DNA from: Candidatus Hermodarchaeota archaeon
GTDB taxonomy: Archaea > Asgardarchaeota > Lokiarchaeia > Sigyniarchaeales > SOKP01
Direction: 5' to 3'
Length of the DNA stretch: 64,000 nucleotides
Assembly (NCBI GenBank): GCA_048885525.1
Contig: JBHLLP010000003.1
Location: forward strand, 32,001-96,000
Part shown: positions 8,464 through 17,266 of the stretch, piece after piece
Layout of the letters: each line of letters opens with the position of its first letter
How positions within the stretch are numbered: position 1 is the first letter of the stretch
Program-made: the position numbers and the translations under genes
Notes under the pieces: model-generated
The model's database searches: none
What the model was told of the DNA's origin: nothing
Seen by the model: only the letters and a program-made list of their open reading frames with translations

Positions 8464-11400
8464 TTATTCTTGAACATCTATCAAATGATTCTCTTCTTCA
8501 AATAAAGGAAGAATATCCAATATTTCTTTAGTTTCGGGGAGATAATCTATAAAATTATATAATTTACTGTCAATTAGAAATAATATTAGCATTACATAGA
8601 ATGTCTCTTCAATTAATTTTTTATTAACTCCTAAGTTATTCAAATAATCGTTAATACTATTTTTAATCACTATTATTGATTTTCTTGCTTTTAATAGAGC
8701 TAGTCCATGTAAATTTACCATTAAAGAACTAGTTTCGAAATCTTTTCTTTTTGAAAGAGTATTTGCTAATTCTAAGTATTTGACTGCTGCTTTTTCGTAT
8801 TCTTGTGATTTTAGCAATTCTAATATAGGTGAGTAATATCTTTTTCTCATTGGCTTTCTTTTCTTGAATATCCTTTCTTTATCTCTTTTAGCGTCTCCTT
8901 TTTTAGATTGAATTTTGCCAAATCTCTGATCCATTTCTACTTGTTTTTTAGATAATTCGCCAACTTCTTCTCTTGATAATATCTCTTTTACTGATTCTTT
9001 TGAAATTTCTATATCTTCTGCTTTTTCTAATTTTTCTACTTTTAAATAATCTTCACCTAAAAAATCCTCAAATAAGGCGATTTCTTCTTCAAATAACGGA
9101 ATATTATCTAATAATTTTAAGGATTCGTTGAATTTTTGATCATCCTGAAGAATTTTTAAATCAATAATATATTCTATCAGAGTCACTGCAAATGTGTCAG
9201 AAAAAGATTTTCCTAAACCGGACAAGTTTATTTTTGTCTCAGTTAATAACTTTTTGATATCTTCAAATTTTTTCTGTTTCATAAGTATTAGAATTGCCAC
9301 AGTTAACGAAACTCCGGCTAGATCATATTTTTTTATTAAATTTAATCGATTAGTTGTGTCCTTATATATTTCAAAAGCTTTATTATATTGTTGATTCTTC
9401 AAATGAGTCAAACCTTCGTTAAAATAAGCTCTTTTTAACCCTTTTCTTTCCCTCATTTGATTATCCTTATCTATCTTCGCTTCTTGTGCTCTTTTTTCAA
9501 TAATAGAGCCTTTTTCTTTTAATTCTTCACTTTTTCGTGTTTCGATAGCTTTTTTAGATCTAATAGCACTTTGCTCAGCCTCTAATATTTCAATTTTTTT
9601 ATGGATTTCAGTTTTAAATTCTTTATTTTCAATTTTATCATTATAAACGTGAGCTAAATGTAAGTCATTCAATTCAATATAAATTTCAGACACTTTCTTG
9701 TATATCTTGTTAAATGTGATATTTACATTTTCGTCTTTTTCTAAATATGCAGATGCTATATTTAAAACTTTTTTTACAGATATTTCTGCTTTATCAATTG
9801 CTGAAAGATTTCCCTCGCTTTCCAAAATTCTTAAAGCTTCACTTTTAATTACTTTTATAAAAATTAAACTGATTTCCTTAGATTGGTCATAAAGCATTTG
9901 ATTCCGATAAATTCTAATTGAATTTTCATATATATTTTCCTTTCTTGTAAAGTCTTCTACTTTTCGAAGTTCCTGTAATTTTTGGAAATATTTAGGAAAG
10001 ATTCTTGTTAAGTATTTTTTTTTCATAGCGGCTGAAAGTTCGTTAAAAGAAACAAAAAAATCATCAAAAAGTAAACCATCTAATAAAATATCTAAGGATT
10101 TCGTGAGGATTTGATCTCTAATATCTTCTTTACCAATTCTTTTAAGATATTCTGCTTGTTTATTTAAGATGTTTGCTGCCTTTAAATGATTTTTTTGCTT
10201 TACAAATTCATCTGCTTTAGATATTTTTTGCTTATTCATTTCTACTATTATCTCAATTTCAGCTTCAACAAAATTTCTTATTATCTCAACTCCCCTGTTA
10301 ATATAATCCTCTACTTCTTTTTTTTTTAATTTGTTATATTTATCCTCAAAATCATCTCTAATTTTGGCTAATTGTTGCTTTAATTTTCTCGAGTTTAATT
10401 TGTTTATTAAAATAGTTGCCATTCCAAAATTATTAACTTCAAAAAAAAGAGAAATAAGTTCTTCTAAAGTCGAGTCCAAATCCGTTTTTTTCACTCTATA
10501 AGAAGTCCACATATTTTCAATTTCATCATAAGTAGTCTTAGCAGCATGTTTTTTTTTTTTTTTTATGTGGTGTTTAAAAAGTATGATTAAAACTTCATTT
10601 AATTTATTAATCAAGTTCTTTAATTCTTCAGAAAGAGCTTCAAGTTGATATTTTTTAATTGCTATATATAACTGCTCTCTTGCTAATTCAAGATTATTAA
10701 TACTTACTAAATAATCTGCAGCAGCCCCAATTTTATCTGAGATTTCTTTTAATATGATAATTACATCTTGATGTGGTAAACTTTCTAAAATCCTAAGAGC
10801 ATCATCAACTCTACAAGCTGAAATCCAGGAATTTATTGCTAACTTAAAAGCCTCATAAATAAGGTTTTTATCTAGTGATTCTATACTTGACCATTGAGCC
10901 GCTCTTTCATAACTTATTGCTGCTTCTTCATATTTTCCCTTGTTAAATAGTCTGTTTCCTTCAGATACAATAGCCTCTGCGTATAACTTTTTAAAGTTTA
11001 TTGATTTTCGTTTATCTACTTTTTCTAAAATTTGACTTGCTTCTAAATAGAGATTCATTTTTGAATAAAGATACGCTGCTTGTTCACAGATTATTAAGAA
11101 TTCTTCTTTATTGTATACATCTGCGATTTGGGCTGCCTTTCTAATAGCTTGAGCAGCGTAATAATAGTTTTGATTATTGAAATATATATTTGCCATTTGA
11201 ATAAAAATTGGAAATCGCATCCAGGCATTTTCAATATTTAAAGGAGTATCGCCATTAATAATAGCTAAACATAAAGATTGAAGTACTTGATGAAAATTGT
11301 TTGGTGGGAGATTTGCAAAAGCCTCTAATCTTGGAAAATTAACCCAAATATGCTGCAATAAGTCATTAACACATACTGGTAAGATTCCATTTTGATCATA

Positions 11401-11724
11401 AAACATAACGATAGTAGGGATATCACGTTTTAATGAAAAAATGTCAGGGAGTATCATTTCAAATAACTCGGATTCTTCTTCAATTATAGGATTCAAAAAA
11501 TATATAATTCCGTCTGCCATAGGAATAATTTCGTCCAAATCTGCAGAGATACTTGTAATTGCATCAATTTCTAAGTCACATACATCATCAAAAATTTTAA
11601 TTTCTTTATACCATTCGAAATGTGTTTCTTGATCTTCCCCGGGCTCCCCAAAAGTTCGTGAAACATAGAAATGAATTGTGTCAGGTTCTCCCAGTATTAG
11701 GATTTTAAAATAATACCTTGTCAT
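8464..11724 (-). CDS. 1086-aa hypothetical protein: degenerate small-GTPase-like N-terminus followed by TPR/SNAP-like helical repeats
   Basis: Begins YYFKILILG..., DGIIYFLN, IPTIVMF (G-domain strand pattern, no GxxxxGK[ST]). Then helical repeats such as GNRLFNKGKYEEAAISYERAAQ. Confidence 0.7.
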   Translation of the reverse strand: MTRYYFKILILGEPDTIHFYVSRTFGEPGEDQETHFEWYKEIKIFDDVCDLEIDAITSISADLDEIIPMADGIIYFLNPIIEEESELFEMILPDIFSLKRDIPTIVMFYDQNGILPVCVNDLLQHIWVNFPRLEAFANLPPNNFHQVLQSLCLAIINGDTPLNIENAWMRFPIFIQMANIYFNNQNYYYAAQAIRKAAQIADVYNKEEFLIICEQAAYLYSKMNLYLEASQILEKVDKRKSINFKKLYAEAIVSEGNRLFNKGKYEEAAISYERAAQWSSIESLDKNLIYEAFKLAINSWISACRVDDALRILESLPHQDVIIILKEISDKIGAAADYLVSINNLELAREQLYIAIKKYQLEALSEELKNLINKLNEVLIILFKHHIKKKKKHAAKTTYDEIENMWTSYRVKKTDLDSTLEELISLFFEVNNFGMATILINKLNSRKLKQQLAKIRDDFEDKYNKLKKKEVEDYINRGVEIIRNFVEAEIEIIVEMNKQKISKADEFVKQKNHLKAANILNKQAEYLKRIGKEDIRDQILTKSLDILLDGLLFDDFFVSFNELSAAMKKKYLTRIFPKYFQKLQELRKVEDFTRKENIYENSIRIYRNQMLYDQSKEISLIFIKVIKSEALRILESEGNLSAIDKAEISVKKVLNIASAYLEKDENVNITFNKIYKKVSEIYIELNDLHLAHVYNDKIENKEFKTEIHKKIEILEAEQSAIRSKKAIETRKSEELKEKGSIIEKRAQEAKIDKDNQMRERKGLKRAYFNEGLTHLKNQQYNKAFEIYKDTTNRLNLIKKYDLAGVSLTVAILILMKQKKFEDIKKLLTETKINLSGLGKSFSDTFAVTLIEYIIDLKILQDDQKFNESLKLLDNIPLFEEEIALFEDFLGEDYLKVEKLEKAEDIEISKESVKEILSREEVGELSKKQVEMDQRFGKIQSKKGDAKRDKERIFKKRKPMRKRYYSPILELLKSQEYEKAAVKYLELANTLSKRKDFETSSLMVNLHGLALLKARKSIIVIKNSINDYLNNLGVNKKLIEETFYVMLILFLIDSKLYNFIDYLPETKEILDILPLFEEENHLIDVQE
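10549..10564. repeat. T16 homopolymer (A16 on the coding strand of the 1086-aa gene; encodes KKKKK)
   Basis: Counted directly from the sequence. Confidence 0.9.
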
Positions 11725-11929
11725 TTATTTAATTTTTATGATTTTTAATGGTTTATTATTTTTCTCGTTTTATGATAGGAGGTAATGATTTATCTATAAT
11801 AGATCTATTCTAAACATATAAAATTATGAATCTTATGAAATTGTTTTAAAAGAAAAAAATTCTTTTAATTATAATTAATTGAGTTTGCTAATATAAATTT
11901 TTTTTCCATAGATAAAAGGAGTATTAACG

Positions 11930-12592
11930 TTGGATTACATTGAAAGGAATTATCAACTCGTAAAACAAAGAATGATTGAACAGTTGGAAAATAGTATTGC
12001 ATTAGGAAGAAATCTCATTGATACCGAATTAGATACAGGTCTTTTAAACTTCATCATTAAACCAATTGTAAAATCTTTTTACGATTATTGGGCTCAAAAT
12101 GATGCACGAGAGGGGACTCTTAAACAAATCACACTTACATTAGAAGCAGGTAAGAAATTATTATTAAATGGTAGTTCTAATGATATATTTAATGAAATTC
12201 TTAACGATACTTTTCCTAAATATCTCGATGCAGATCAAACAGCACGACAATGCTCAAGACAACATAAAAATTATGAAAAATTAAAACACCTTACTAAAGA
12301 AACATTTATAAATTATTTAAAAGAAGTCATAAAATTCTTAGAAATAAAAGATGAAGTTGATAATTATGGAGATTTATGTCGATTAGCATTTCCTTCAAAA
12401 GAAATTGCTAAACAAAATTTAATGAATCAATTAGATTTTACAGATAAAAGTATTAAAATAGTTGAAAATGATCCTTCTATTCTTAAGCTCCCAGTTGGGA
12501 GAAAGATAATTGTAAAAGCATTAAGGAAAGGTTTTGAAGAGACTAAGGAGGAGTTTATTAAAGCACTCAATGATACTTATAATAATAAATAA
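11930..12592 (+). CDS. Hypothetical helical protein, paralog A of a tandem pair
   Basis: 220-aa ORF, TTG start after AAGGAG; aligns end to end with 12683..13354. Confidence 0.85.
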   Translation: MDYIERNYQLVKQRMIEQLENSIALGRNLIDTELDTGLLNFIIKPIVKSFYDYWAQNDAREGTLKQITLTLEAGKKLLLNGSSNDIFNEILNDTFPKYLDADQTARQCSRQHKNYEKLKHLTKETFINYLKEVIKFLEIKDEVDNYGDLCRLAFPSKEIAKQNLMNQLDFTDKSIKIVENDPSILKLPVGRKIIVKALRKGFEETKEEFIKALNDTYNNK

Positions 12593-12682
12593 TTAATTTA
12601 ATGATAGATTTTACCAATAAAGTTTGTAAGTTGTTTTTTATTATATGTTAGAATTTTAAAATTATTACAATATTAATGAGAT

Positions 12683-13354
12683 TTGAGCATAATAATGGAT
12701 TACATAAAAAGAAACTATAAGATTTTAGAGAAAAGGATGATTGAACAAATGGAAACATCTCTTAATTATGGGAAAAATCTTATTGATACTGAAATAGATA
12801 CTGGTGCTTTAAATTTTGTAGTTAAACCAATCATTAAATCATTTTATAAATACTGGAGTGATAATGAAGCAAAAGTAGGTACGCGAGAACAAATTCGGGT
12901 TACACTTGATTCTGCAAGAGAATTAGTACAAAATGGAGAAATTTCAAAAGAAATGTTTGACAAGGTTGTTAATAAAAATTTTCCTGTTTACTTAGAAAAT
13001 GATCAAACAGAACGTCAGTGTAAAAATACCCACCATAATTATAACAAATTAAAGGAAGTCACGAAGAAATGTTTTGTAACGCAAATAGAAGAAAGTATCC
13101 TTTTTCTAAATGTCAAGGATGATGTTAATGACTATAATGAATTATCTAGAGCGGCATTTAAGACAAAAGATAAAGCATATCAAGCTTTAAAACGTCAACT
13201 CGATTTTAATGAAGAAGGAATTGCAATTGTTGAAAAAGATGACTCTATTCTCAAGGTTCCTCTTGGAAAAAATATTATTCTAAAAGTGTTACGAATGGGT
13301 TTTGAAATGACTAAAGAGAAGTTAATAGATGAACTTGATGAGATTTTTAATTAA
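12683..13354 (+). CDS. Hypothetical helical protein, paralog B of a tandem pair (likely start ATG 12695)
   Basis: MDYIKRNY...NLIDTEIDTG..NF..KPI.KSFY.YW...DQT.RQC...H.NY.KLK is shared with the upstream gene. Confidence 0.85.
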   Translation: MSIIMDYIKRNYKILEKRMIEQMETSLNYGKNLIDTEIDTGALNFVVKPIIKSFYKYWSDNEAKVGTREQIRVTLDSARELVQNGEISKEMFDKVVNKNFPVYLENDQTERQCKNTHHNYNKLKEVTKKCFVTQIEESILFLNVKDDVNDYNELSRAAFKTKDKAYQALKRQLDFNEEGIAIVEKDDSILKVPLGKNIILKVLRMGFEMTKEKLIDELDEIFN

Positions 13355-13406
13355 GAACTCTTCACAATAAAAATTAGAAATATAAAATTAAAAGTATGAG
13401 TTTAAC

Positions 13407-14462
13407 TTGACTGAATCTGCTCAAATAAGGGAGCAAAAAAATGTTTTACGGATTATATTTTTAAATATTTTAATTATAGTTTTTATTACAATTTCATATG
13501 TATATATTTCTGAACCTTTTGGCTCAATTTCCACTATTTATATATCAAATGAAGAATTTTCAATACAATTTGGTATAACTCTTCTGATATTTGTTTTTTT
13601 TTCAATATTAGCGGGGGCAATACAAGGATTAATATCGGGATTTCTGGGGGAATTATTCTACCAATTAGCTTTTTATAACTCTCTCTATCTTGAATGGGTT
13701 ATTATTGTTGCCTTATTAGGATTTTTATCTGGGATCTATAAATATCATCCTTTAAAATATCAAGATGGAATTAAAGTATATTATACATTTATTGCTCTTA
13801 TCATTACTTCCTTTATAATTTTCGGTCTTATTATTGGTTTTCAGTTTTCAATTTATCCTAATCAAAATACAATTGAATTTATCATTGTAAATTATGGATT
13901 TAAATTCTTTCTTCAAACACTTATCACAGTTATATTTATTATCCCAATATTACTGTTCATCTATGATAGATTTCTGGCAAAAGAGAAAAAAGATGTATAT
14001 TATACTATCTTAACACATCATCCTTTATCTGCGAGTGATCATACTTTTTTTCTCCAATTTGGTAGAACTAAAATCTATTTTTGCACGAGGTGTTCTGGTG
14101 TAATACTTGGAGGTTTATCTGCAATGTTCACAACTTATTTAACTGCTAAAATATTCCAAGTAGAGTTTAGTGCAGAAATAGCTATACTTATGTGTATAAT
14201 CCTACCCATACCAGGTTTAATAGATTGGGGAACTCAAAGACTTTTATTGAGAAAAAGCAATACCGCATCAAGGTTATTCACAGGTTTTATAATCGGGTTA
14301 GCTTTGCACTTTATGAGCTTTACTTATAAATATTATTTCTTCACATTATTAATATTAACAATTTATTTTAGCATATTCGGACTTCTTGTATTTTTTGGCC
14401 ATAAGAAGGAAATGAGATTATGGAAAGAGGAAAATGAGCAACTTCCAGAAATAGATCCATAG
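13407..14462 (+). CDS. Membrane protein: ECF S-component-like N-terminus fused to a DUF2085-like C-terminal domain
   Basis: G...G...GFLG.L pattern in the N-terminal helices; C-terminal FCTRCSG and DWGTQR...R.SN...R..TG resemble DUF2085. Confidence 0.65.
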   Translation: MTESAQIREQKNVLRIIFLNILIIVFITISYVYISEPFGSISTIYISNEEFSIQFGITLLIFVFFSILAGAIQGLISGFLGELFYQLAFYNSLYLEWVIIVALLGFLSGIYKYHPLKYQDGIKVYYTFIALIITSFIIFGLIIGFQFSIYPNQNTIEFIIVNYGFKFFLQTLITVIFIIPILLFIYDRFLAKEKKDVYYTILTHHPLSASDHTFFLQFGRTKIYFCTRCSGVILGGLSAMFTTYLTAKIFQVEFSAEIAILMCIILPIPGLIDWGTQRLLLRKSNTASRLFTGFIIGLALHFMSFTYKYYFFTLLILTIYFSIFGLLVFFGHKKEMRLWKEENEQLPEIDP

Positions 14463-14475
14463 AAAAGATGGTAAA

Positions 14476-14982
14476 ATGCAAAAGATAATTTTTATTCATG
14501 GATTATTAAGCTCAGGTGAAGGATTTAAAGGAAAATTATTAAAAGAAATATTCACTGATTGTTTAACTCCTAATTTTACTCCATATAATCCAAAGATTTC
14601 AATTAAAAACTTATTAAAAGAACGTATGCAGCAATTAATTTCATTTTTAAAGGATGAAGCACAATGGATTGTTATTGGCTCTAGTTTTGGGGGTCTAATG
14701 GGAACACTCTTTACATTAAAATTTCCTTCTAAAGTATCTAAATTAATTCTACTTGCACCCTATTTGTCAACTGAAGTTTTAGATATTAAAGTTTATTCTC
14801 CTATAAATGTACCAGTTATAGCATTCCATGGTAAATATGATAAAGTTATTCCATTTAAGCGATCTCGGATTTTTGCAGAAAAGCTTTTTACAAATATTGA
14901 ATATAATGTAGTAGATGATGATCATACTCTTAAAAAAACAGTTCTAGCTTTGGATTGGAAAAAATTAATTTATAATAAATAA
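14476..14982 (+). CDS. Small alpha/beta hydrolase (YqiA-like esterase)
   Basis: FIHG oxyanion motif, GSSFGG nucleophile elbow, HG..D.V, DDH. Confidence 0.88.
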   Translation: MQKIIFIHGLLSSGEGFKGKLLKEIFTDCLTPNFTPYNPKISIKNLLKERMQQLISFLKDEAQWIVIGSSFGGLMGTLFTLKFPSKVSKLILLAPYLSTEVLDIKVYSPINVPVIAFHGKYDKVIPFKRSRIFAEKLFTNIEYNVVDDDHTLKKTVLALDWKKLIYNK

Positions 14983-15093
14983 CCTCACAAAATTGCTTTC
15001 TCAATTATTTTAAAAATTGGACTCCAATTTTTTTAAAATCAATTTAAAACTTCTTTTCAATAGAAATATTAAAAAAAAATTGGTGGATTAAAA

Positions 15094-15579
15094 TTGGAAT
15101 GGGAGAATTTTTTTGATACTATTGGTTTCTGGTATAAGATTTTCGTTGATTGGTTTGTTCAACAACCAGTATATGGGCAAGTACTTGCATTAATTGGATT
15201 ATTTACCTTGTTTATATTGGCTATAACTCTTGTATATTATACCATTAAAGGAATAGCATATTTAATATATTATATTTTTAAGGGTATTTATTATCTTCTT
15301 AAATATATCGGTTATGGGTTTTATAAACTATTTGAAGGTTTCTATTACCTAGTATCGGGGAATCGAAAATCTTCTAAACAGAAAGTTGAAGATATAAATA
15401 TTCAGAATAGTATGAGAAGCAATAATCCTTACATTTTAGAATATTGTAGTGAATGTGGGAGAAAACTCTCTGAAAAAATGAAAATAAATTTTAAAAAAAA
15501 AGGAATGACTTTTTGTGTAAATTGTGGAAAACAGCTAACATTAGATAATGCCCTTTGGACTCTAACTGTCTCTCATTAA
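15094..15579 (+). CDS. Membrane-anchored protein with a C-terminal Zn ribbon
   Basis: Hydrophobic and Tyr-rich N-half; CSECG...CVNCG; GGTGG SD-like sequence upstream. Confidence 0.75.
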   Translation: MEWENFFDTIGFWYKIFVDWFVQQPVYGQVLALIGLFTLFILAITLVYYTIKGIAYLIYYIFKGIYYLLKYIGYGFYKLFEGFYYLVSGNRKSSKQKVEDINIQNSMRSNNPYILEYCSECGRKLSEKMKINFKKKGMTFCVNCGKQLTLDNALWTLTVSH

Positions 15580-15656
15580 TTAATCAAAAGATCTTTTTAA
15601 ATAAAATTTTAAAGTAAACGAACAAGAATATAGTTATAAAGGTGCAGTAAAAGTAT

Positions 15657-17264
15657 ATGTCAAGTGTATATGTATGTAGAGAATGTGGGTATACATTTCC
15701 AGCAGAACTTTCTCAATTAATAGAAAGTAACGTTCAAGTATATTGTGAAAGATGTGGTTCTCCCTTTATTTTGGAAGGAGTTAAATTTAAACCAGCTCCG
15801 ACTCCTTATATAAGGAAGAAAAAACTAGATCACATAATATCTGAAAAGAAATCATCAAAACTAGAAAATTTTATTCAATTCTTAAATAAAATCTCTTCTA
15901 TACCTTTATTTATTTTCACATGTGTTTCTTTCGGATTAATCGCAGAAATTGCGGTAAATTGGGATCTTATCGGAATTATCCTGTTTGAACGAATTTCACA
16001 GGGTATGATTAGTCTAATTCTTTTAATATTTGATAGAAATTATATAGCAAAAAAAGTAAAAGAAAAAAAGTTTAATGATATTTTCCTAGATTCATTTTGT
16101 TGGGGAATATTAGGTTGTATTTTATATGGGCTTGGGGTTATAATTCTTATTAAAGGAATCTTTATTATAATCTATGTTATTTCAGATTCTAAAAATAAGG
16201 ATCTTAAACCTTTTGATTTTGGATTGTATGCAAAAAATTCTTTGAATTATATCTCAACCAAAGCTGGTTTTTTGATTATTTTATTTGGCATATACACAAT
16301 ATATTCAGATCAAATCTATATTGCTAAATATTGGGATGCAATATTAGATTTACCATTTAACATAGAGATTCCTACAACACTATTATTCTATTTTGGGTTT
16401 TTTCTAGTAACGTTAGCTATTTTAATTATTGATAGCAGGATAAAAGCAGAAATAGCGGAGAAGAAAAAATTAGAATTTAGCGATTCGTTAAAATTTTTCT
16501 TTTTGGGAATTTTTGGGTTGTTTTTCTATGCTGCAGGGATTTTTATACTCTTAAAAGGAATATTGATTTTCTTTTTATGTTTTAGAAAACCGACAGAACA
16601 AATTCAAAAAATACCAACTGTCACAAAACCAGCATATTACGCTCCAATACCTCCAATTCCTCCAACTCCTCCAACTCCCTCATATAAAAAAATAGAACCG
16701 TCAGAGATGGTAGCGCTCGAAGAGAAAGAAATTGAAATAAAAACCATAGAACCCCCGATTAAAACTCAAGTAGCTGATGAAGAAAAAATTAGGAAAGAAC
16801 CAGAAAAAGTAGAAGAAGTTATAGTTAAGGAGTTTGAGGAGATCCCGTTAATTGTAGATGAAGAAGAGAGAGCAAAAAGAAAATTAGAATATGAATTAAA
16901 ATTGCATGAATCCCTTTTACCAGTAAAAGATGATAAAGATAAGAAGTTAGTAAGAGAATATTTCTCTAAAATATTTTCAGTATTATCCAAAGATTTAAGA
17001 AAACAAATTAAAGATCTAAAAATATCTAAAGAGGAAAAAAGGGAGCTATTAGCAGAACTTGCGTTCTTAACTAAAGAGGAACAAGTTAAATATATTGATG
17101 CTATAGCAAGCCTTTATAGAGAAATACCTAAAAAATTAATCAATAGAATTAGAAAACTCCCAAATGTTAAACCTGAACATTATGATAAGATTGTAGAGCA
17201 ATTAAAATTTATGGATGTTGAAGAACAAATAAAGTTTGTTCAATTTTTAGAGGAAAACACCTAA
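15657..17264 (+). CDS. Zn-ribbon + duplicated multi-TM module + Pro-rich linker + C-terminal helical repeats
   Basis: CRECG...CERCG; two similar TM blocks ending G.I.L.KGI; APIPPIPPTPPTP; two (L/M)..EEQ.K(Y/F) repeats. Confidence 0.75.
   Translation: MSSVYVCRECGYTFPAELSQLIESNVQVYCERCGSPFILEGVKFKPAPTPYIRKKKLDHIISEKKSSKLENFIQFLNKISSIPLFIFTCVSFGLIAEIAVNWDLIGIILFERISQGMISLILLIFDRNYIAKKVKEKKFNDIFLDSFCWGILGCILYGLGVIILIKGIFIIIYVISDSKNKDLKPFDFGLYAKNSLNYISTKAGFLIILFGIYTIYSDQIYIAKYWDAILDLPFNIEIPTTLLFYFGFFLVTLAILIIDSRIKAEIAEKKKLEFSDSLKFFFLGIFGLFFYAAGIFILLKGILIFFLCFRKPTEQIQKIPTVTKPAYYAPIPPIPPTPPTPSYKKIEPSEMVALEEKEIEIKTIEPPIKTQVADEEKIRKEPEKVEEVIVKEFEEIPLIVDEEERAKRKLEYELKLHESLLPVKDDKDKKLVREYFSKIFSVLSKDLRKQIKDLKISKEEKRELLAELAFLTKEEQVKYIDAIASLYREIPKKLINRIRKLPNVKPEHYDKIVEQLKFMDVEEQIKFVQFLEENT
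16641..16679 (+). repeat. Degenerate 9-nt tandem repeat (CCTCCAAYW) encoding a polyproline tract
   Basis: gctccaatacctccaattcctccaactcctccaactccc. Confidence 0.8.
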
Positions 17265-17266
17265 AT

